Source: Nitrospirota bacterium
GTDB lineage: Bacteria > Nitrospirota > Nitrospiria > Nitrospirales > Nitrospiraceae
NCBI GenBank assembly: GCA_963703955.1
Contig: CAVPGK010000012.1
Coordinates: 147,039-211,038, forward strand
Length of the DNA: 64,000 bases
Direction: 5' to 3'
Of this stretch, positions 30,485 to 41,719 are shown in pieces (position 1 is the stretch's first letter; every line of letters begins with the position of its first letter). The notes beneath the pieces were generated by a model. The model did no database searches and was not told the origin of the DNA. It saw nothing but the letters and a program-made list of their open reading frames with translations. Both the position numbers and the translations under genes were made by a program.

Positions 30485-31687
30485 TTAGACCTGGGCGGCG
30501 GTCGCATGCTTGCGCTTTTGCCTCACAACGTGTCCCTGCCATTGCGTCACCAGTCGCTCGTATTCCCGTTCCTGTTGGCGGACCATTTCATGGATATCAA
30601 ACTCCGGGGCAACCGACTCCGCGTTTCGTCCCATTCGTTTGGCATGATCCGGATGGGTGAGGAGAAACACCACTCGCTCGGCGAGACCATTAACGTCACC
30701 CGGCTCAAGCAGATAGCCATTGATTCCGTCCCGGATCACTTCCGGAGCCCCATCCACTCGCGTCCCCACCACCGGCACACCGCTGGCCAATGACTCCAGG
30801 TATACTCGTGGCAGGCCTTCCCAGCGGGACGTGAGGACAAACACGTTCAGGCATCGCAAGATCTCGGGAATGTCGCGCCGCCAACCGAGGAGGTGACACG
30901 CAGAAGATAGACCACATCGGCGAATTTCCTCTTCGACTGCTTGCCGCAATTCTCCATCCCCGACCATCACGAATTGCGTGCGCGGCTGCTGCCGGTGAAC
31001 CAGTGCAGCCACACGGACAAAGTCCACGGGAGCCTTTTGAGGTTTGAACGGCGCGATCATTCCGATGGTCGGCCTCTCTGGATCGAGCCCGAGCTCTTGT
31101 TTCTTGGCCGCAGCGTCCACCATGGTTCGCCGAATCGACTGCACGTCCACCCCGCTTCTGACGACGACGCATCGCTCTGCGGAAAAAATTCCCAAGGTCA
31201 TTCCCAATCTTCGATTGGCCTCGGAGACCGCAAAGAATCGATTCGTGAACCGGCCTGTGTATCGTTCCAAAGCGACGAGCATGCGCTGGACGAAAGAAGG
31301 CTGGTCGGGTGTAAATCCAAACCCATGGACGGAATGGATGATGATCGGGACGTGGGCGAAGCGGGCAGCAAATCGACCAATGATACCGGCCTTCGAGCTA
31401 TGTGTGTGGACAATCACTGGTTTGATCTGTGCCAGCAGCCTGGTCAGACTTACTAGGGATTGAAGGTCGGCCAGCGGCCGGATCGGACGACGGAGAGAAT
31501 GAATTTGATGAAATTCGATGCCCGATATGGCATTGGCTTCATGATCCAGAAGGGCCGGTTCGCCCGTGATCAGCACCGGACGAAACCGCGCCGGATCCAG
31601 ATGCGACACGGTAAAGAGCGTGTTTTGCTGGGCGCCTCCCAATTCCAGTTTGGTGATGATATGAGCGACGGAGACCGGAGCGACCAC
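30485..31687 (-). CDS. Glycosyltransferase family 4
   Basis: GGAQ, HTHSSKAG, QK and SRWEGLPRVYLE motifs. Confidence 0.9.
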   Translation of the reverse strand: MVAPVSVAHIITKLELGGAQQNTLFTVSHLDPARFRPVLITGEPALLDHEANAISGIEFHQIHSLRRPIRPLADLQSLVSLTRLLAQIKPVIVHTHSSKAGIIGRFAARFAHVPIIIHSVHGFGFTPDQPSFVQRMLVALERYTGRFTNRFFAVSEANRRLGMTLGIFSAERCVVVRSGVDVQSIRRTMVDAAAKKQELGLDPERPTIGMIAPFKPQKAPVDFVRVAALVHRQQPRTQFVMVGDGELRQAVEEEIRRCGLSSACHLLGWRRDIPEILRCLNVFVLTSRWEGLPRVYLESLASGVPVVGTRVDGAPEVIRDGINGYLLEPGDVNGLAERVVFLLTHPDHAKRMGRNAESVAPEFDIHEMVRQQEREYERLVTQWQGHVVRQKRKHATAAQV

Positions 31688-31688
31688 C

Positions 31689-33002
31689 TTAACACATCCC
31701 TACGGTTTGAGCTCCTCGCAGTCGTTCAGCCAGTGTTTTGCCCTGACTGATCGCATCTTCCATCGATGTATGCTCCCAGCGTCCGTATCGCCCGATCGAA
31801 TGGATTCCCCGACGTTCGAGCTCTGAGAGTAAACTGGGAAGCACACGTGCGCGATGCTTGTCAAAGAGCACGTAGGCATATTGGATGTCACGGACATCGG
31901 CCACAACGATCTCATCATCACGTCTGAAGATACCGGCTCTCTCCATTCCCTCACGAACCTGACGGAGAAGGGCGGCCGGTGGAATGATCTCGGTCGGCTG
32001 ATGGGAAATCTCGACGTAGAGGGAGCTGCACCCCGGACGACCCAATGAAGGAGAGAAATTCATCGGAAAGCCGGCCCGATAGAATGGATAGTCCGGCTCG
32101 GGGAAATAGACCCAATGCTGGTCGGAGACCCCCTCGCGGGAAACCCCGAGATTCACGTTGTACACCGAAACACACCTGAGACCTGCCGCCGCGTCTTTGA
32201 GCGCTGGGGTAAAATCCGTACATCGATGAATCAGTTCGGGAATCGGAATCGTCGACACGAGCGTCTCGTACTCCTCGACCCTCCCATCTTGAAAGCTGGC
32301 TCGACGCCGCCGCGTATCGACCTCGACGAGCTCGCACCCGCACACGATCTTCGAGACCCCAGAACCGAGCGCCTTCGGTAACGCGTCAATCCCACCGTGA
32401 GCCGGGTACAAGAAGGTCGGATTGTAGCCGAACGCTTTATCCTTGATCCCTAAGGCGCCATTGATGACATCTTTCAAGTCCGGTTTTGGAACCAGCCAGG
32501 ACACCCAATCCGAGGTCAGCTCATCCAAGGACACTCGCCATAACTTTTCGTTGAACGGCACCATGAAATGCTTGGCCATCCCTTCGCCGAGATTCTCCAA
32601 AATCCAGGCCTTGAAGGAGCGGTCCTCTGGCTTGACCGATGGAGAAGGTGGCTGGGTGAGCGTGGCAATAAATCCCAGCAAACATTCCCGGATCACTACC
32701 GGCGGAAGGCCGAAGGTATTCACCTGGAAGGGATACTCGGTGTACCTTCCATAAGAATAGATACTCGAACGCCGGCTGTGTTGGGCCAGTCGGCCGGTCA
32801 AGAGACCTTCAATCAGAGCCTTGATTTCGGCCTGTCTGAAATGAAGCAGGTGGCCAGTAAAGTCAAAGGTGAACCCGTCCTTCTGGTAAGATCGGCACAA
32901 CCCGCCTACCTCTTTTTCCTTTTCAAAGATCTTGTATGGCAGGCCATTCAAATGGAAGGCGGTGCTCAGACCCGCCAGGCCGGCGCCCACGATCACGATC
33001 AT
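31689..33002 (-). CDS. FAD-dependent oxidoreductase (HemY/UDP-galactopyranose-mutase-like) within the glycan cluster
   Basis: GAGLAG, GGLCRS, FDFTGH and GRYGRW motifs. Confidence 0.75.
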   Translation of the reverse strand: MIVIVGAGLAGLSTAFHLNGLPYKIFEKEKEVGGLCRSYQKDGFTFDFTGHLLHFRQAEIKALIEGLLTGRLAQHSRRSSIYSYGRYTEYPFQVNTFGLPPVVIRECLLGFIATLTQPPSPSVKPEDRSFKAWILENLGEGMAKHFMVPFNEKLWRVSLDELTSDWVSWLVPKPDLKDVINGALGIKDKAFGYNPTFLYPAHGGIDALPKALGSGVSKIVCGCELVEVDTRRRRASFQDGRVEEYETLVSTIPIPELIHRCTDFTPALKDAAAGLRCVSVYNVNLGVSREGVSDQHWVYFPEPDYPFYRAGFPMNFSPSLGRPGCSSLYVEISHQPTEIIPPAALLRQVREGMERAGIFRRDDEIVVADVRDIQYAYVLFDKHRARVLPSLLSELERRGIHSIGRYGRWEHTSMEDAISQGKTLAERLRGAQTVGMC

Positions 33003-34066
33003 CGCCTCGTGTCTCCCCGACCTTGCGGATTTGCGATTGGCACCGCCGGTTGACCCGCATGAGCCATCGCGGGAGCCGTCATGTCCACCCGTTTCAATAT
33101 CAACGTCGCCACACCCAGCGCGACCATGGTTGCACCCACAAGCATGATGGCGGTTTCTTCTCGCACCAGAATGACCAGAATCCCCAGCGTGCCAAGGACA
33201 ATCGTCGCCATGTAACTCAGCATAACCACCTGCGGAACGGTCAACCCCCAGTGCCGCAGCCGGATAGCCATATGGTCCGGACTCCCTATAAAAATGGGGA
33301 GACCGCGGAGATATCGAATGTACATGACAAACAGGGTGTCAAAAATGGGAATGCCCAGGATCAGGATAGGGCTGAGCAAGGAAATATGATGCCCCTCGGT
33401 ATATTCTCCCGTCATGGCCAGCGCACCCAGCATCAGACCTAAAAACAACGCGCCCGAATCGCCCATATAGATGATCGCGGGGTGAAAATTGTACCGTAGG
33501 AACCCCAACAACCCTCCGGCTAGCGCGGCCAGCATGAACGCGATGGTCGCATCGCCATTGAGGAGAGCGACGATCATCAGAAACACCGCGCTGATTAAGC
33601 CGACCCCAGCGGCAAGCCCATCCATGATGTCGAGGAGATTAAAAGCGTTGATGATCCCGATCATCCAAAACACGGTGAGGGCCAGATCCAGCCAATCCGG
33701 CAGGGCTGCGATTTCGATCCTGATCCCACTTTTGATCAATACGAAGACGGCGAGGAGTTGACCAGCCAGTTTCTTTCCTGGCGTCAGCACCCCAAAGTCA
33801 TCGATCAGCCCGAGCATGACCACCAGCGTGCCCGCTAGGACCATTCCCAGCACATCTTGCCGAAACTCAAACGTAAACGCGAGACTGATCAGGAACGCGA
33901 AGTAGATGGCCATACCGCCGAGGTAAGGGACCGGCTCCCGTTGGTGTTTGAGCCGGCCATCCGGAACATCGACGATATGGTATTTGAGCGCTGCCCGGCG
34001 CGCCACGGGCACGCCGTACAAGGCGAGAAGAAAGGCAAGGGCAAAGGCTAAGATAAGGAGAAGCAT
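32999..34066 (-). CDS. Undecaprenyl-phosphate HexNAc-1-phosphate transferase (WecA/TagO family)
   Basis: PYLGG, GLIDD, NAFNLLDIMDGLA, YMGDSGA and PIFDT; multi-pass membrane protein. Confidence 0.88.
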   Translation of the reverse strand: MLLLILAFALAFLLALYGVPVARRAALKYHIVDVPDGRLKHQREPVPYLGGMAIYFAFLISLAFTFEFRQDVLGMVLAGTLVVMLGLIDDFGVLTPGKKLAGQLLAVFVLIKSGIRIEIAALPDWLDLALTVFWMIGIINAFNLLDIMDGLAAGVGLISAVFLMIVALLNGDATIAFMLAALAGGLLGFLRYNFHPAIIYMGDSGALFLGLMLGALAMTGEYTEGHHISLLSPILILGIPIFDTLFVMYIRYLRGLPIFIGSPDHMAIRLRHWGLTVPQVVMLSYMATIVLGTLGILVILVREETAIMLVGATMVALGVATLILKRVDMTAPAMAHAGQPAVPIANPQGRGDTRR

Positions 34067-34122
34067 CGTGCTCAGATTACACTCCGATCACCATGAACCT
34101 GACGTCCTCTTTACTGAATCAT

Positions 34123-36045
34123 CTAGCATGCAACTCGCGTACGATTGACCACCACGAGCTGGTACCACAGCTTGATGAGCAGGACGCTCCAGATCTGTCG
34201 ACTTCGGTCCTGCTCCCCGCGAAAATGTTGCGCGACCAACCTCTCGATACCGCCCTGATCAAACAAACCAGGAGGCCCCTCTGTGAACAGAATGTCCTGC
34301 GCGAACTCCCGAAGAGGGCCTCTGATCCATGACCCAAGCGGCATCTCGAACCCCATTTTCTTCCGTGACAGGATGGCCGCGGGCACGAGACCGGCAACTG
34401 CACGCTTCAAGATGGTCTTGCGGCCGTTCTTGAGTTGGGTGGCCGACGGAATCTTTGCCACGAGCTCAACCAGCGGATGGTCCAAGTACGGCACCCTGGC
34501 CTCGAGTGAGGCCGCCATCGACATGCGATCAACTTTCGTCAGGAGATCATCCGGCAGCCAGGTCGCAAAGTCCGCTCGGAGCATCCCTCTCAGAACATTC
34601 TCCGCATTGTTTCCGTCAAAATAGACGTGGAAGAGTAAGTCGATCTCCTGCTGCTCACCGGCGACCTCACTCGGACTGGAAACGATTTCCGCCAGCTCAT
34701 CGTGGGTAAATGTCCCGGCCCAATCCGCATGTCGCCTTGATGGCGACGCATGAGAAAGCGCCTGGAGCGCTTGGACGACTCGTCTATTGACGGAGTTGCG
34801 CCTCAACCATTTTGGCAAGGCAGCCCTCAACCGGAGGGGAAGCCAGTGATACCAGGACACAAGGCGATCGAGGCTGTATCGCTGATACCCACCGAAGAGT
34901 TCATCAGCTCCTTCACCCGTCAGAACCACTTTGACGTATTGTGCAGCCACGTTCGATAACAGATAGGTTGGGACGATGGCTGGATCGGTCAGTGGTTCAT
35001 CCAGATAACCGACGATTTTGGGCAAGCTATTCACGACGTCCTGAGGAGTCACCACCCGCTCATGATGGAGGGTCCCGCATAGGGTCGCAGCCATCCGTGC
35101 ATAGTCCAGTTCGCTGGACCGAGGCGAACCATCGAACCCGACCGAAAATGTGTGAGTCCTAAAGCCGGCTTCCTCGCGACACATCAGCGACACGAGCGCG
35201 GTCGAATCCAGGCCTCCACTAAGAAACGCGCCCACGGGGACATCGCTCATCAGATGGCAGCGAACCGCCTCGCTCAATTGCGCCAATACGAGCTGGGACA
35301 GTTCTTCATCCGATCGATGAAAGTCATGAACGATCCCGGTCGGGTGTGTCCAGTACCGACGGGTTTCAATCCCTCGCTTACTTGCGAATAACACCGTGCC
35401 GGGTGGAAGCTTGTGGACGCCTGCGAATGCCGTCTCAGGAGCCGGCACATATTGGAGGAGCAATAACTGTATTAAGGCCTTGCGCCTGAGCTCAGGTACC
35501 TGTTCGAGCGCGGGCAGAAGTCCGCGCAGCTCCGACGCAAACGAGAGCTGCCCGTCGCCATCATGGTGGTAAAAGACGGGTTTGATCCCCACTCGGTCAC
35601 GAGCCAGGAGGAGTTGCTGTCCTCGCACATCCCAGACCGCGAAAGCGAACATCCCGCGCAAGTAAGATACACACTCCCAACCATGTTCCTCGTATAAGTG
35701 GAGGATCACTTCGCTATCCGACCTCGTCCGAAACCGATGTCCTTTCGAGACAAGCGCCTGGCGAAGTTCCCGATGGTTGTAAATTTCACCGTTGCAAACG
35801 ACAACACATGAGCCATCTTCATTCTCAATGGGTTGATGTCCCCCCACCACATCGATAATGCTCAACCGTCGCATGCCCAGGCCGACCGAGACACCGTCTT
35901 GTTTGTATCCAACACGTCCGTGATCATCCGGTCCTCGATGGATCAACGCTTCACCCATCCCATCCAGCAAGTCTCCCAGAGATCCTTCCCGGGTGTGACT
36001 AGACGTGTGGCTGTGGAAATCGGCGATGCCAAAGATGCCGCACAT
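34123..36045 (-). CDS. asnB: AsnB-like glutamine amidotransferase, probably sugar amidation
   Basis: MCGI, HRGPD, NGEIYN, LSGGLDS, GEGADE and EARVPYLD motifs. Confidence 0.88.
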   Translation of the reverse strand: MCGIFGIADFHSHTSSHTREGSLGDLLDGMGEALIHRGPDDHGRVGYKQDGVSVGLGMRRLSIIDVVGGHQPIENEDGSCVVVCNGEIYNHRELRQALVSKGHRFRTRSDSEVILHLYEEHGWECVSYLRGMFAFAVWDVRGQQLLLARDRVGIKPVFYHHDGDGQLSFASELRGLLPALEQVPELRRKALIQLLLLQYVPAPETAFAGVHKLPPGTVLFASKRGIETRRYWTHPTGIVHDFHRSDEELSQLVLAQLSEAVRCHLMSDVPVGAFLSGGLDSTALVSLMCREEAGFRTHTFSVGFDGSPRSSELDYARMAATLCGTLHHERVVTPQDVVNSLPKIVGYLDEPLTDPAIVPTYLLSNVAAQYVKVVLTGEGADELFGGYQRYSLDRLVSWYHWLPLRLRAALPKWLRRNSVNRRVVQALQALSHASPSRRHADWAGTFTHDELAEIVSSPSEVAGEQQEIDLLFHVYFDGNNAENVLRGMLRADFATWLPDDLLTKVDRMSMAASLEARVPYLDHPLVELVAKIPSATQLKNGRKTILKRAVAGLVPAAILSRKKMGFEMPLGSWIRGPLREFAQDILFTEGPPGLFDQGGIERLVAQHFRGEQDRSRQIWSVLLIKLWYQLVVVNRTRVAC

Positions 36046-37274
36046 CACGCCTTCTCCCTGCTCGCAAAAGAGAGATCCTGATACAGGCGCTCGAGGTAAT
36101 CCACATACGCATCGGTTGAATGTTGCTCCATGATCCGCTGTCTACCGGATTTTCCCTTCACAGCAGCCTGCTCCGGACGTTCGAGAAGATGGACCACGGC
36201 TTCGGCAATGGCTTCCGGCTTGGCGTCCACGAGCATGCCTACAGTCTCATCAACCAACTCCCGAGTCTGCCCTACGTCCGTGGCAACCACCGCAGCTCCG
36301 CAGGACATCGCTTCCAACAAGGCCTGCGATGGGTAATTATCCATCGTCTGCATGGACACAAAGACGAGCGTGTGAGTCAGGACAGACTCCATGTGATCAC
36401 ACCATGTCATCTCCAGAGAGGCTTCCAAGCCGTGCTGCCTGACCAGCGCCCGCACGTGCTTACGTAACGGGCCGTCCCCAAGGATAAAGAATCTGGCATT
36501 CGGGCAATGTTTATGGACAAGCGCGCAGACCGCGACGAATTGATCCGGATTCTTCTCCGGCACTAGCCGTCCTGCAAACACCACCCACGGGTGCTTCACT
36601 GGTGAAGGGGCAAACCGATCGGTGTTGACGAAACTGCCTGGTGCGACTCGGATATTGTCAGGAGAGACCCCTTCTTCTTCGAGCGATCGGCGGATTGTGT
36701 CAGTTAACGCGTCTACGACATCAGCCCGGTGCAAAGCCATACGATAGAGGCGATAGCCCAAACCGGATCTCACCATTGCGGACAGACTCGGACATACGAC
36801 CGATACCGCTGCCGCAGGAGCGCAACGTAGCCATTGGAGAGGTAGCACCACGTAGGCCCCACCTAGGATCAGGTGCAACACCAGGGGGCGGTGGCGTAGA
36901 ATCCACCAGGATACGGTTATGCAACCGACGGCATAGTCCAGCTTGCGAAGTCCGAATGCAACCCCATCAAGAATTCTTTGGATGACCCCGTCGAATGCCC
37001 CCATGGCTGCGTCTGAGCTGGGCATCATCCTGATCAGACATCGTGTAGATGATCCGAACCATTCCTTCAGGACCACACTAGGAGCCTCTTCGTTCAGTAC
37101 ACCAGCCCGGAGAAGTTCCGCAAGAAGCGATTCATTCATTACAAGAGAGACGTCCATTTTCCTTCGCCTGAGGTGTTCATAGACCTGCGCATACCGACGT
37201 TCCGCCCCCCCCGAACCACTGTTATTGAGGAGAACCATAGCAATCCGTGGGGAGCAACGGGCGTCGTTCATCAT
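36045..37274 (-). CDS. Glycosyltransferase family 4
   Basis: GGAERR, GRLVPEK and LLEAMSCG..VATDVG. Confidence 0.8.
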   Translation of the reverse strand: MMNDARCSPRIAMVLLNNSGSGGAERRYAQVYEHLRRRKMDVSLVMNESLLAELLRAGVLNEEAPSVVLKEWFGSSTRCLIRMMPSSDAAMGAFDGVIQRILDGVAFGLRKLDYAVGCITVSWWILRHRPLVLHLILGGAYVVLPLQWLRCAPAAAVSVVCPSLSAMVRSGLGYRLYRMALHRADVVDALTDTIRRSLEEEGVSPDNIRVAPGSFVNTDRFAPSPVKHPWVVFAGRLVPEKNPDQFVAVCALVHKHCPNARFFILGDGPLRKHVRALVRQHGLEASLEMTWCDHMESVLTHTLVFVSMQTMDNYPSQALLEAMSCGAAVVATDVGQTRELVDETVGMLVDAKPEAIAEAVVHLLERPEQAAVKGKSGRQRIMEQHSTDAYVDYLERLYQDLSFASREKA

Positions 37275-37317
37275 TCAATTCGGGGTTGTGAGGTATCTTC
37301 GATGACCGTGTGTTCTC

Positions 37318-38544
37318 TCATGAATGAGTCACGGTCTCATAGGCCATAAGCAGAGTCTTCCCCTCTACCTCCCAGTTGTACCGCTCCCGGGCAGCTCGAA
37401 GGGCGTTGCGCTTCATCATCTCCAGCCGGGGCATGTCCAGAAGGAGCTCGTTCATAGCGCGCGCGATATCTCGAGGATTTTCTGGGGTGAAGACTCCGCC
37501 GATCTGATGGCCCAGAATAATGTTTCTCAGTTCAGGAAGATCGCTGCCCACAACGGCCAGGCCGGCCATCATGTACTCGAAGAGCTTATTCGGTAGGCAA
37601 AAGCGATTATTGAGGCAGAATGGAATGTAGGGAATCACGCCGATATCGGCTTCAGAGGCAGTTCTCACCAGGTCCGCCATGGGGACCGGGGGCGCAAAGA
37701 CCACCTTGTCTTCCACTCCGAACTCTCTGACCAAAGTGCGAAGGTGATCCTCAAGGTTTCCGTATCCTCTGAGCATGAGCGTCCCGGTCACTACGTATTT
37801 CGCACTTTCAATCAGTTGTTCGAGGCCTCGATCACGGTAATAACCCCCGTGGTAGAGAATGACCCGCTCATGATTTCCACCTGCGTGGTTCGGCACCCAC
37901 AACTGCAACGGAGGCACGTTGCGAACGGTCATGATTCCATTGACCCCATAACGTTGCGTGACCCATTCCCCTAAGGATCGACAGACCGTCACCCGAAGGT
38001 CCGCATACCTCACCAGCAATCTCTCCAAAAGAGAATAGAAGAGGATCCACAGTGTCGTCTTGATTCCGTGTCTGAATTGTTCGGTGAAAAGTTCATGGAA
38101 ATCGTAAACGAGCTTCTTCCCGGTCCACCATTTCGCCAAGAAGCCGGCCAATAAGGTATCCAAATCATGAGCATGGTACACATCAGCTCCCTGCTTCACG
38201 GCCCTTCTGGCCAACGCCATATTGAGCCATACGACGCTGACAATGTTCAGCGCGTCGCCTCGAAGTCTGGTCAGAAAGCTTACGGCCCCGTGCTCTTTGG
38301 ACGCTCGACACTTCTTACTCCGAGACGAGATGAGAGCCTCATACAAATGTCTAAGAGTCAACACACGTATGATGTGACACCCATCCAATTCTTCCGTGAA
38401 AGAAGAGTTCTCGTCTTTCGCTCCAATGATGGTGACGTCATACCCAGCGTACACCAGGGACGCAGCCTCTCTTCTGACACGAGGGTCGCTGGTCACCGGA
38501 TTGGTGAGCAGCATGCAGACTTTTCCTCTGTGCGTCTTGTCCAC
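37318..38544 (-). CDS. Glycosyltransferase family 4
   Basis: DPRV, HAHD, YDFHE and PNKLFEYM motifs. Confidence 0.88.
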   Translation of the reverse strand: MDKTHRGKVCMLLTNPVTSDPRVRREAASLVYAGYDVTIIGAKDENSSFTEELDGCHIIRVLTLRHLYEALISSRSKKCRASKEHGAVSFLTRLRGDALNIVSVVWLNMALARRAVKQGADVYHAHDLDTLLAGFLAKWWTGKKLVYDFHELFTEQFRHGIKTTLWILFYSLLERLLVRYADLRVTVCRSLGEWVTQRYGVNGIMTVRNVPPLQLWVPNHAGGNHERVILYHGGYYRDRGLEQLIESAKYVVTGTLMLRGYGNLEDHLRTLVREFGVEDKVVFAPPVPMADLVRTASEADIGVIPYIPFCLNNRFCLPNKLFEYMMAGLAVVGSDLPELRNIILGHQIGGVFTPENPRDIARAMNELLLDMPRLEMMKRNALRAARERYNWEVEGKTLLMAYETVTHS

Positions 38545-38649
38545 CAGACCACTATCCCTGGTATGAAGCGATAAAGACGGTGTGCTTCAATCGCGCTATC
38601 CGGCTTTCAGAGCAAATGCATGTGGTCATTCTGCTCCAGGTTGAGTTGT

Positions 38650-39951
38650 CTACAGCAACACGACATTCTCTTTGCGAGATTTAGCATTTCGAGTCCCGTT
38701 TCTGGTGTCAAAAACCAACGGGGCGTGTTTGACGATCAACTCATAATCGAAGGACGAATGAGCGGTCAGAATCAGTGCGCAATCGCTTTTTCCCAAGAGC
38801 GCCGGTGTCAGGTTGACGGATTGATAGCCGTGCCCTTCGAGCTCAACTGATGGAGCAAAGGGATCGGAATAGGTGATAACGGCGCCCTCTCTCAGAAGAA
38901 GCTCCATGACTTTGATTGCCGGAGTCTCACGTGGATCGCCGACATCAGCCTTATAGGTCACTCCTAACACCAGGATAGCGGAGCCATTGAGACAGCGACC
39001 TCGCCGATTCAACAACCTCTGCAGTTTCGCCACGACGTAATAGGGCATCCCCTCGTTGATTTCTCCTGCAAGTTCAATAAAACGGGTGTGGAGATCATAT
39101 TCCTTCGATTTCCAGGCCAAATAGTACGGATCGAGAGGGATACAATGCCCCCCCACCCCTGGGCCTGGATAGAACGGCATGAAGCCGAAATTTTTCGTCG
39201 CCGCGGCGTCGATGACCTCATACGCATTGAGGTTCATTCGGTCACAGAGGATGGCCAGTTCATTGACAAGCGCAATGTTGACGGAACGAAAGACGTTCTC
39301 GAACACCTTCGTCATTTCCGCAACTCGAGGCGATGACAGTGGAAAAATTTTCACGATCGATTGCTCATAGAACGTCCGCGCATGGGTGAGGCAACCAGGC
39401 GTGACTCCCCCGACGAGTTTGTAGGTATTGTGAGTCTTGAACGAACGATTGCCTGGATCAACACGTTCCGGGGAAAATGCGACGTAGAGATTCTCGCCGA
39501 TCTTCAATCCTCCTTCAGTCAAGATCGGCAGCATTACATCTTCAGTCGTACCCGGATAGGTCGTGCTCTCCAAAACGATCAACATACCCGGACGAGAATA
39601 CTTGGCTAATTCGCGCGTGACTTTGACAATCGCACTGATATCCGGTTCCTTGTTACGGGTCAACGGAGTGGGCACGCAGATCAGGACCACATCGCATTTG
39701 CGGATTGCACTGAAGTCCGTGGTCGCCGACAGTCGTTCAGTTTCTACAGTTTGACGGAGCTCCGTGTCGTCAACATCCAGAATATAGTTCTCTCCTCGGT
39801 TCACCTTCTCCACTTTCTCTGCCACTTCGTCGATGCCATGGACACGAAAACCCGTCTTCGCTTGCAACACCGCAAGAGGCAGCCCGACGTACCCTAAACC
39901 CACTACTCCGACCACGGCTGAATGATTCTTTATCTTTTCTAGTAACGACAT
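38650..39951 (-). CDS. UDP-HexNAc 6-dehydrogenase (WbpA/WecC family)
   Basis: GLGYVGLP, CVPTP, ESTTYPG, SPERVDPG and GVGGHCIPLDP motifs. Confidence 0.9.
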   Translation of the reverse strand: MSLLEKIKNHSAVVGVVGLGYVGLPLAVLQAKTGFRVHGIDEVAEKVEKVNRGENYILDVDDTELRQTVETERLSATTDFSAIRKCDVVLICVPTPLTRNKEPDISAIVKVTRELAKYSRPGMLIVLESTTYPGTTEDVMLPILTEGGLKIGENLYVAFSPERVDPGNRSFKTHNTYKLVGGVTPGCLTHARTFYEQSIVKIFPLSSPRVAEMTKVFENVFRSVNIALVNELAILCDRMNLNAYEVIDAAATKNFGFMPFYPGPGVGGHCIPLDPYYLAWKSKEYDLHTRFIELAGEINEGMPYYVVAKLQRLLNRRGRCLNGSAILVLGVTYKADVGDPRETPAIKVMELLLREGAVITYSDPFAPSVELEGHGYQSVNLTPALLGKSDCALILTAHSSFDYELIVKHAPLVFDTRNGTRNAKSRKENVVLL

Positions 39952-39966
39952 GCTGGCTCCTCTCGC

Positions 39967-40731
39967 CTAGAAATCCCGACGGTGGAAAATGATACATGCG
40001 GTTGTCAGTAATAGAGCCGCATACAAGAGTCCGTAAGCGGTCGCGGCTGCCTGATACGACAATGTGATGGTCGTCCCGGAGGCTGCCTGCCCTTTCATAT
40101 TAAGGACTTCGAGGTTCGGGCAGATGTAGTATAAACTCGAGACGATTGCCTTCATTGTCTCGCTATGGCTCTTTTCCGCAATACCCTTGAGGTCTGTAGT
40201 GAGGTGTCCGATGAGGTACAACCCAAGTGTCATGATGGCGCTCAGGGTCGATGAACTGAAAGTTGAGAAGAGCAACGCGAGCGCGGTAACCAGGAGCAAC
40301 TCCACAAAGATCAGTCCGACAGCCTGAAATAGTGCTATATGAATAGGAGCGCCACTCATCCAAAGGGTCACGAGGAATACCGTGAGCATGATCAAGATAT
40401 TGATTAAGAGGGTCAGGACGAGTCCCAGGTACTTGCCCAGCACAAATTGGGTTCTACTGATAGGGCGAGCCATAATCGTGTAGATCGTACGCCTTTCAAT
40501 CTCCTTACTCACAAGTCCAATCCCGACGAAGATGGCAATGATCACTCCAATCAGATTGGTCGCCGCCAAACCCATATCTGTGACGATTTTCTTTTGCTCG
40601 GCGATCGTGAGACCCCCCAGCACCACTGACGCGCCGATCAGCAGTAACGCGAAGAACAAGAGGTTGTAGAGAATCTTATCCCGCAGGTTCTCCCGGAACG
40701 TATTGAATGCGATGACGACGATACTGTTCAC
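39967..40731 (-). CDS. ABC permease, PilI-like
   Basis: NTFRE, EIERRTIY..PISR..LGKYLG; multi-TM; next to an ABC ATPase and pilA. Confidence 0.8.
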   Translation of the reverse strand: MNSIVVIAFNTFRENLRDKILYNLLFFALLLIGASVVLGGLTIAEQKKIVTDMGLAATNLIGVIIAIFVGIGLVSKEIERRTIYTIMARPISRTQFVLGKYLGLVLTLLINILIMLTVFLVTLWMSGAPIHIALFQAVGLIFVELLLVTALALLFSTFSSSTLSAIMTLGLYLIGHLTTDLKGIAEKSHSETMKAIVSSLYYICPNLEVLNMKGQAASGTTITLSYQAAATAYGLLYAALLLTTACIIFHRRDF

Positions 40732-40732
40732 A

Positions 40733-41665
40733 CTATCCCTGTCTGTCTGTCTGTTGAAGGAACAGATCTTCAAGCGACCCTTTTTGCGGAACAACCGATA
40801 CTAAATGCCCACCATTGGCCCGGATGGCGCCTAGGATCTCTTCAAGACGTGTTGAGTCTTGCAGGACCACCAGACAACGTTGGCCCTGTTGCAAGACTCG
40901 GGATGCAGCCTTCTTGATGACCGAGATCTGATTACCTTGGACACCTTCGCACACAACATCGACAGATTGTGTATGCCCATTATTGACAAGCTCATCCACA
41001 CGGCCGGTCGCGAGTAGCCTCCCCTTAACGACGATCCCCACTCGATCGCAGATCATTTCGACATCCGGAATAATATGTGTGCTGAAAAAAACGGTTTTCC
41101 CCTTATCTCGCAGACTCAGAATCAGATCGCGGACTTGCTTCCGCCCAATCGGATCCAACCCGGACATGGGCTCATCAAGAATAACCACCTCAGGATCATG
41201 AATGAGCGCTTGCGCTAAACCTATCCGCTGTAACATGCCCTTGGAAAATTTTCTCAGCTGACGCGTCCTTGCATCGATCAATCCCACCATTTCAAGGAGA
41301 GAGGTGACCCGTTGGTTCACGTCCCCACGGCTCAATCCGGCAAGATGTCCATAAAACTCGAGAAATTCTTCGGCGGTCAAATAATCGTAAAAATAAGGGG
41401 ACTCCGGGAGAAAACCAATCTGTCGATGCACATCAACATTGCCGGATGGTACACCCAGCAACTCAGCTTTTCCGCTTGTAGCTCGCATAAGGCCAAGCAG
41501 AATTTTCAAAGTGGTGGTCTTACCGGCCCCATTCGGCCCAAGAAATCCATAAATCTCTCCACGACGGACCGATAGGGACAATCCGGACAGCGCCTGCACC
41601 GAAGGCCTGCCCGGCCAGCCTGATTTGAACGTTTTCGTCAACCCTTCAATGGAAATCGCGTCCAC
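40733..41665 (-). CDS. ABC ATPase, PilH-like
   Basis: GPNGAGKTT, FSKGMLQR and LDEPMSGLDP motifs. Confidence 0.88.
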   Translation of the reverse strand: MDAISIEGLTKTFKSGWPGRPSVQALSGLSLSVRRGEIYGFLGPNGAGKTTTLKILLGLMRATSGKAELLGVPSGNVDVHRQIGFLPESPYFYDYLTAEEFLEFYGHLAGLSRGDVNQRVTSLLEMVGLIDARTRQLRKFSKGMLQRIGLAQALIHDPEVVILDEPMSGLDPIGRKQVRDLILSLRDKGKTVFFSTHIIPDVEMICDRVGIVVKGRLLATGRVDELVNNGHTQSVDVVCEGVQGNQISVIKKAASRVLQQGQRCLVVLQDSTRLEEILGAIRANGGHLVSVVPQKGSLEDLFLQQTDRQG

Positions 41666-41719
41666 AAATCCCCCTGATACGATACCGCAGGAATGATCGA
41701 ACCGTGCATTCTCGTGGGT